Shown piece after piece: positions 61,727 to 64,000 of a stretch of 64,000 nt of DNA. This DNA comes from Lama glama (lineage: Eukaryota): NCBI GenBank assembly GCA_028534125.1, contig CM052816.1:37760001-37824000 (forward strand). Direction: 5' to 3'. Numbering within the stretch: the stretch's first letter is position 1; each line of letters opens with the position of its first letter. The notes under the pieces are model-generated. The model was not told where the DNA came from, ran no database searches, and saw nothing but the letters and a program-made list of their open reading frames with translations. Both the position numbers and the translations under genes were made by a program.

Positions 61727-62177
61727 TGTGCTAGGGAGAAAGATCTCTCAAAAGTGTCTATACTTTAATCCATGAATCTTGTGACTATGTTGTGTTACAT
61801 GACAAAGGAACCTGCAGATGTAATTAAGGTTATGAACTTTGAAATAGAGAGATTACCCTGGATACTCTGGATAGGCCCAATCTAATCACATGAGCCTTTT
61901 AAAGCAGAAAATGTTCTATGCACAGAGCAGAGAGAGGCCTCTAAGGGAAAGAGGGATCTGCTGTATGATGTCCTACAACTTCAAAGAACTGGATTCTGCC
62001 AACAATCCAAGAGGCTACTGATGGAAGCCCAGACAGCTGTCACCTTGATTTTGGCCTTATTAAACCAGGAGCTAAGGAACCAACCTGACCAATCAGACTT
62101 TTGACCTATAAATTCATGTTGTTTTAAACCAATGAGTTTGTAATATTTTGTTACAGCAGCAATAGAAAACCAATACA
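61727..62177 (+). mobile_element. MaLR solo LTR (MLT1D-like)
   Basis: TG...CA ends. tgtgactatgttgtgttacatgacaaaggaacctgcagatgtaattaaggtt...gagattaccctggat...ggcccaatctaatcacatgagcc...ttgttacagcagcaatagaaaaccaataca. Confidence 0.8.
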
Positions 62178-63224
62178 TAGACTATCCATAATCATGTTTT
62201 TTGCACACCTCAGGCAAATTTACTCATCTCCGTGCAACCTGTGTACTATCTTCATGCACTTATAGTTTTTAGACTTTATAACTTTTTAAAAATGCCTATC
62301 TTTCTTCCTAACTAGTCTATGAGATCCTCAAGGGTCTCATTTATCTTTGGGTTTCTGGTGCCTACTATAGTAGTGGAACTTTTAAAATAAAATGCACACT
62401 ATTTAGTAATAGAACAGGTGGTATAATATTTTACCCATGTGTAAGTGGTTTATACACAACATTAGTGATCAAAGCTTAACTAATTCTTATTTACTTACTG
62501 TTAAATATGCTGCCTTAGCTGTGAGTTAGTAATATTTTTAATCCAAATGATATTGGTTTCCCCATTTTAAACTCCAAAGTGCACAGGAAACCTTTTATAG
62601 AAATCTATTTGCATATTTCTTAGGAAAAGTGCCTTAGATACCAATTCCTGAAAGGCTTTTATGCCTCTGTATTTCTCCTTGCAATGGTGAAAAATGTTTT
62701 TCTATAGAGTAATCATATTTTATATTCAAACACAGCTTTCAACAATGTCAATTGTGTAGTTATTTAATCTTAGAGAACATTTCACAATGGCCTTCCTAGC
62801 TGGAAACATGATTGTATCATATAGCGTGGATATCATCATTGATCACTGCTGAAATACTAAAATAAATTAGGACGACTTCTATCTTGCATTCTCAATACTC
62901 TTGCAATTCCATATTTCCAATTTCCCTCAAATTTCTGCATCTGATATGATGCCTAGAGTTTGTTAATGTGTTTAATACACAACCTAGGTCAAATGACTTC
63001 CAGATCAGTTATTTATATATAACGTATAGTCCCATGCTTGGCAAGATCAAATACTCAATAAATGGTAGTAAATATTGTGGTTTCTATAGTTTATTGTTAA
63101 CCAGTTAATCACGTTTTTAAACTTTCATATGATTCTTTTCTAGAGGATATATATACTCTGGATATTTGACTCTGAGAAGAACGTGTATGCAATTATCTGA
63201 AAGCATATTTGACTTGGATTCCAC

Positions 63225-63745
63225 TTATGTTTATGTAATAATTTACTTCAGAAAATAAGGACCTAAAACACAATCTTCCTCATATAGCTTCTTATTTGTA
63301 GGACAGGGATTTTGGCAGGATTTGGGTGGGTGATTCTTAGGTTCTGTGTGATGTCGACAGGAGTCACTTGGTGGTTTTCAGCTGGCAGACAGGCTGGTCC
63401 AATGGACACAAGATGGCTTCGCTCACTGCCTGCTGCTTTGACAAGGACTGGCTGGAAGTCCAGGCTCCGCTAGTGCTGTTGATTTGAGTGCCTACAGTAA
63501 ACTCCTTTAGCATGGTTGTCATAAGAAATCAGATTTCTTAGATGGTGACTCCACAGACCAAGGGCAAATATTTTAGCAAACAAGGGAGAAACTGCATGGC
63601 CTTTTGAAAGGCAATCTTGAAATTCTAATGCATACTTCCATTGTAAACTATTGGTTGATTCAGTCACAAGCTAACCAGATTCAAAGTGAAGATCTATTCT
63701 ATGGGAAGAGCATCACAGAAGTTGTAAGCAGAATTTAAAATTCAG
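63225..63745 (-). mobile_element. Old MaLR LTR (MLT1H-like)
   Basis: gtcacttggtggttttcagctggcagacaggctggtc...aagatggcttcgctcac...acttccattgtaaactattggttgattcagtcacaag...ccagattcaaag. Confidence 0.65.
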
Positions 63746-64000
63746 ATAATTATGTTGAGGGACATCCTTCTCTCTTGCAATTTACTATTACTATTATTAA
63801 CGTTAATCTATTATGATTACTAATAAAAACAGTGTTTCAAGTAAACCAGAAACGGTGTAGTATCTGTGATATGTAGTAAAAAATAAAGTAGAACTTTCTT
63901 CAACCATTTCAAATGCTTAAACTGGAACTGTCTAAAGGCATAATTGAATGACACCATCATGTATTCATGTATGTATGTCATCATAAAGCCCTTTATATGA

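Noticed and set aside
1..64000. CRISPR arrays, operons, rRNA, or retroviral gag/pol/env
   Set aside because: None seen. The sequence is mammalian, and all LTRs appear to be solo with no adjoining internal coding region.

Overview
AT-rich mammalian genomic DNA with no recognisable host protein-coding exon (deep intron or gene desert). It is most likely camelid, because it carries a tRNA-Ala-derived SINE of the vic-1 type at 2277-2410 and cetartiodactyl-type L1s. Roughly 27 kb (~40-45%) is LINE-1. This includes one ~7.25 kb full-length but decayed L1 (52811-60060, minus); three L1s that keep both their 5'UTR and 3' end but have lost the RT region through large internal deletions (24.2-28.5, 29.5-32.4, 34.1-38.6 kb); two 5'-inverted L1s; and several truncated or older L1M pieces. 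Also present are MaLR (MLT1), ERV1 and ERVL solo LTRs, faint L2/MIR relics, microsatellites, and a 500-N assembly gap flanked by purine and pyrimidine tracts. Every long ORF in the track is L1-derived, a chance ORF, or an artefact of Ns and simple repeats. The most interesting candidates are (i) a frame-preserved antisense ORF with a shared strong-Kozak ATG in the 5'UTR of two diverged L1 copies, positioned like primate ORF0; (ii) a probable L1 3' transduction; and (iii) recurrent RT-removing deletions, two with readable microhomology. Repeat family names are by-eye recognitions and need RepeatMasker/Dfam confirmation.
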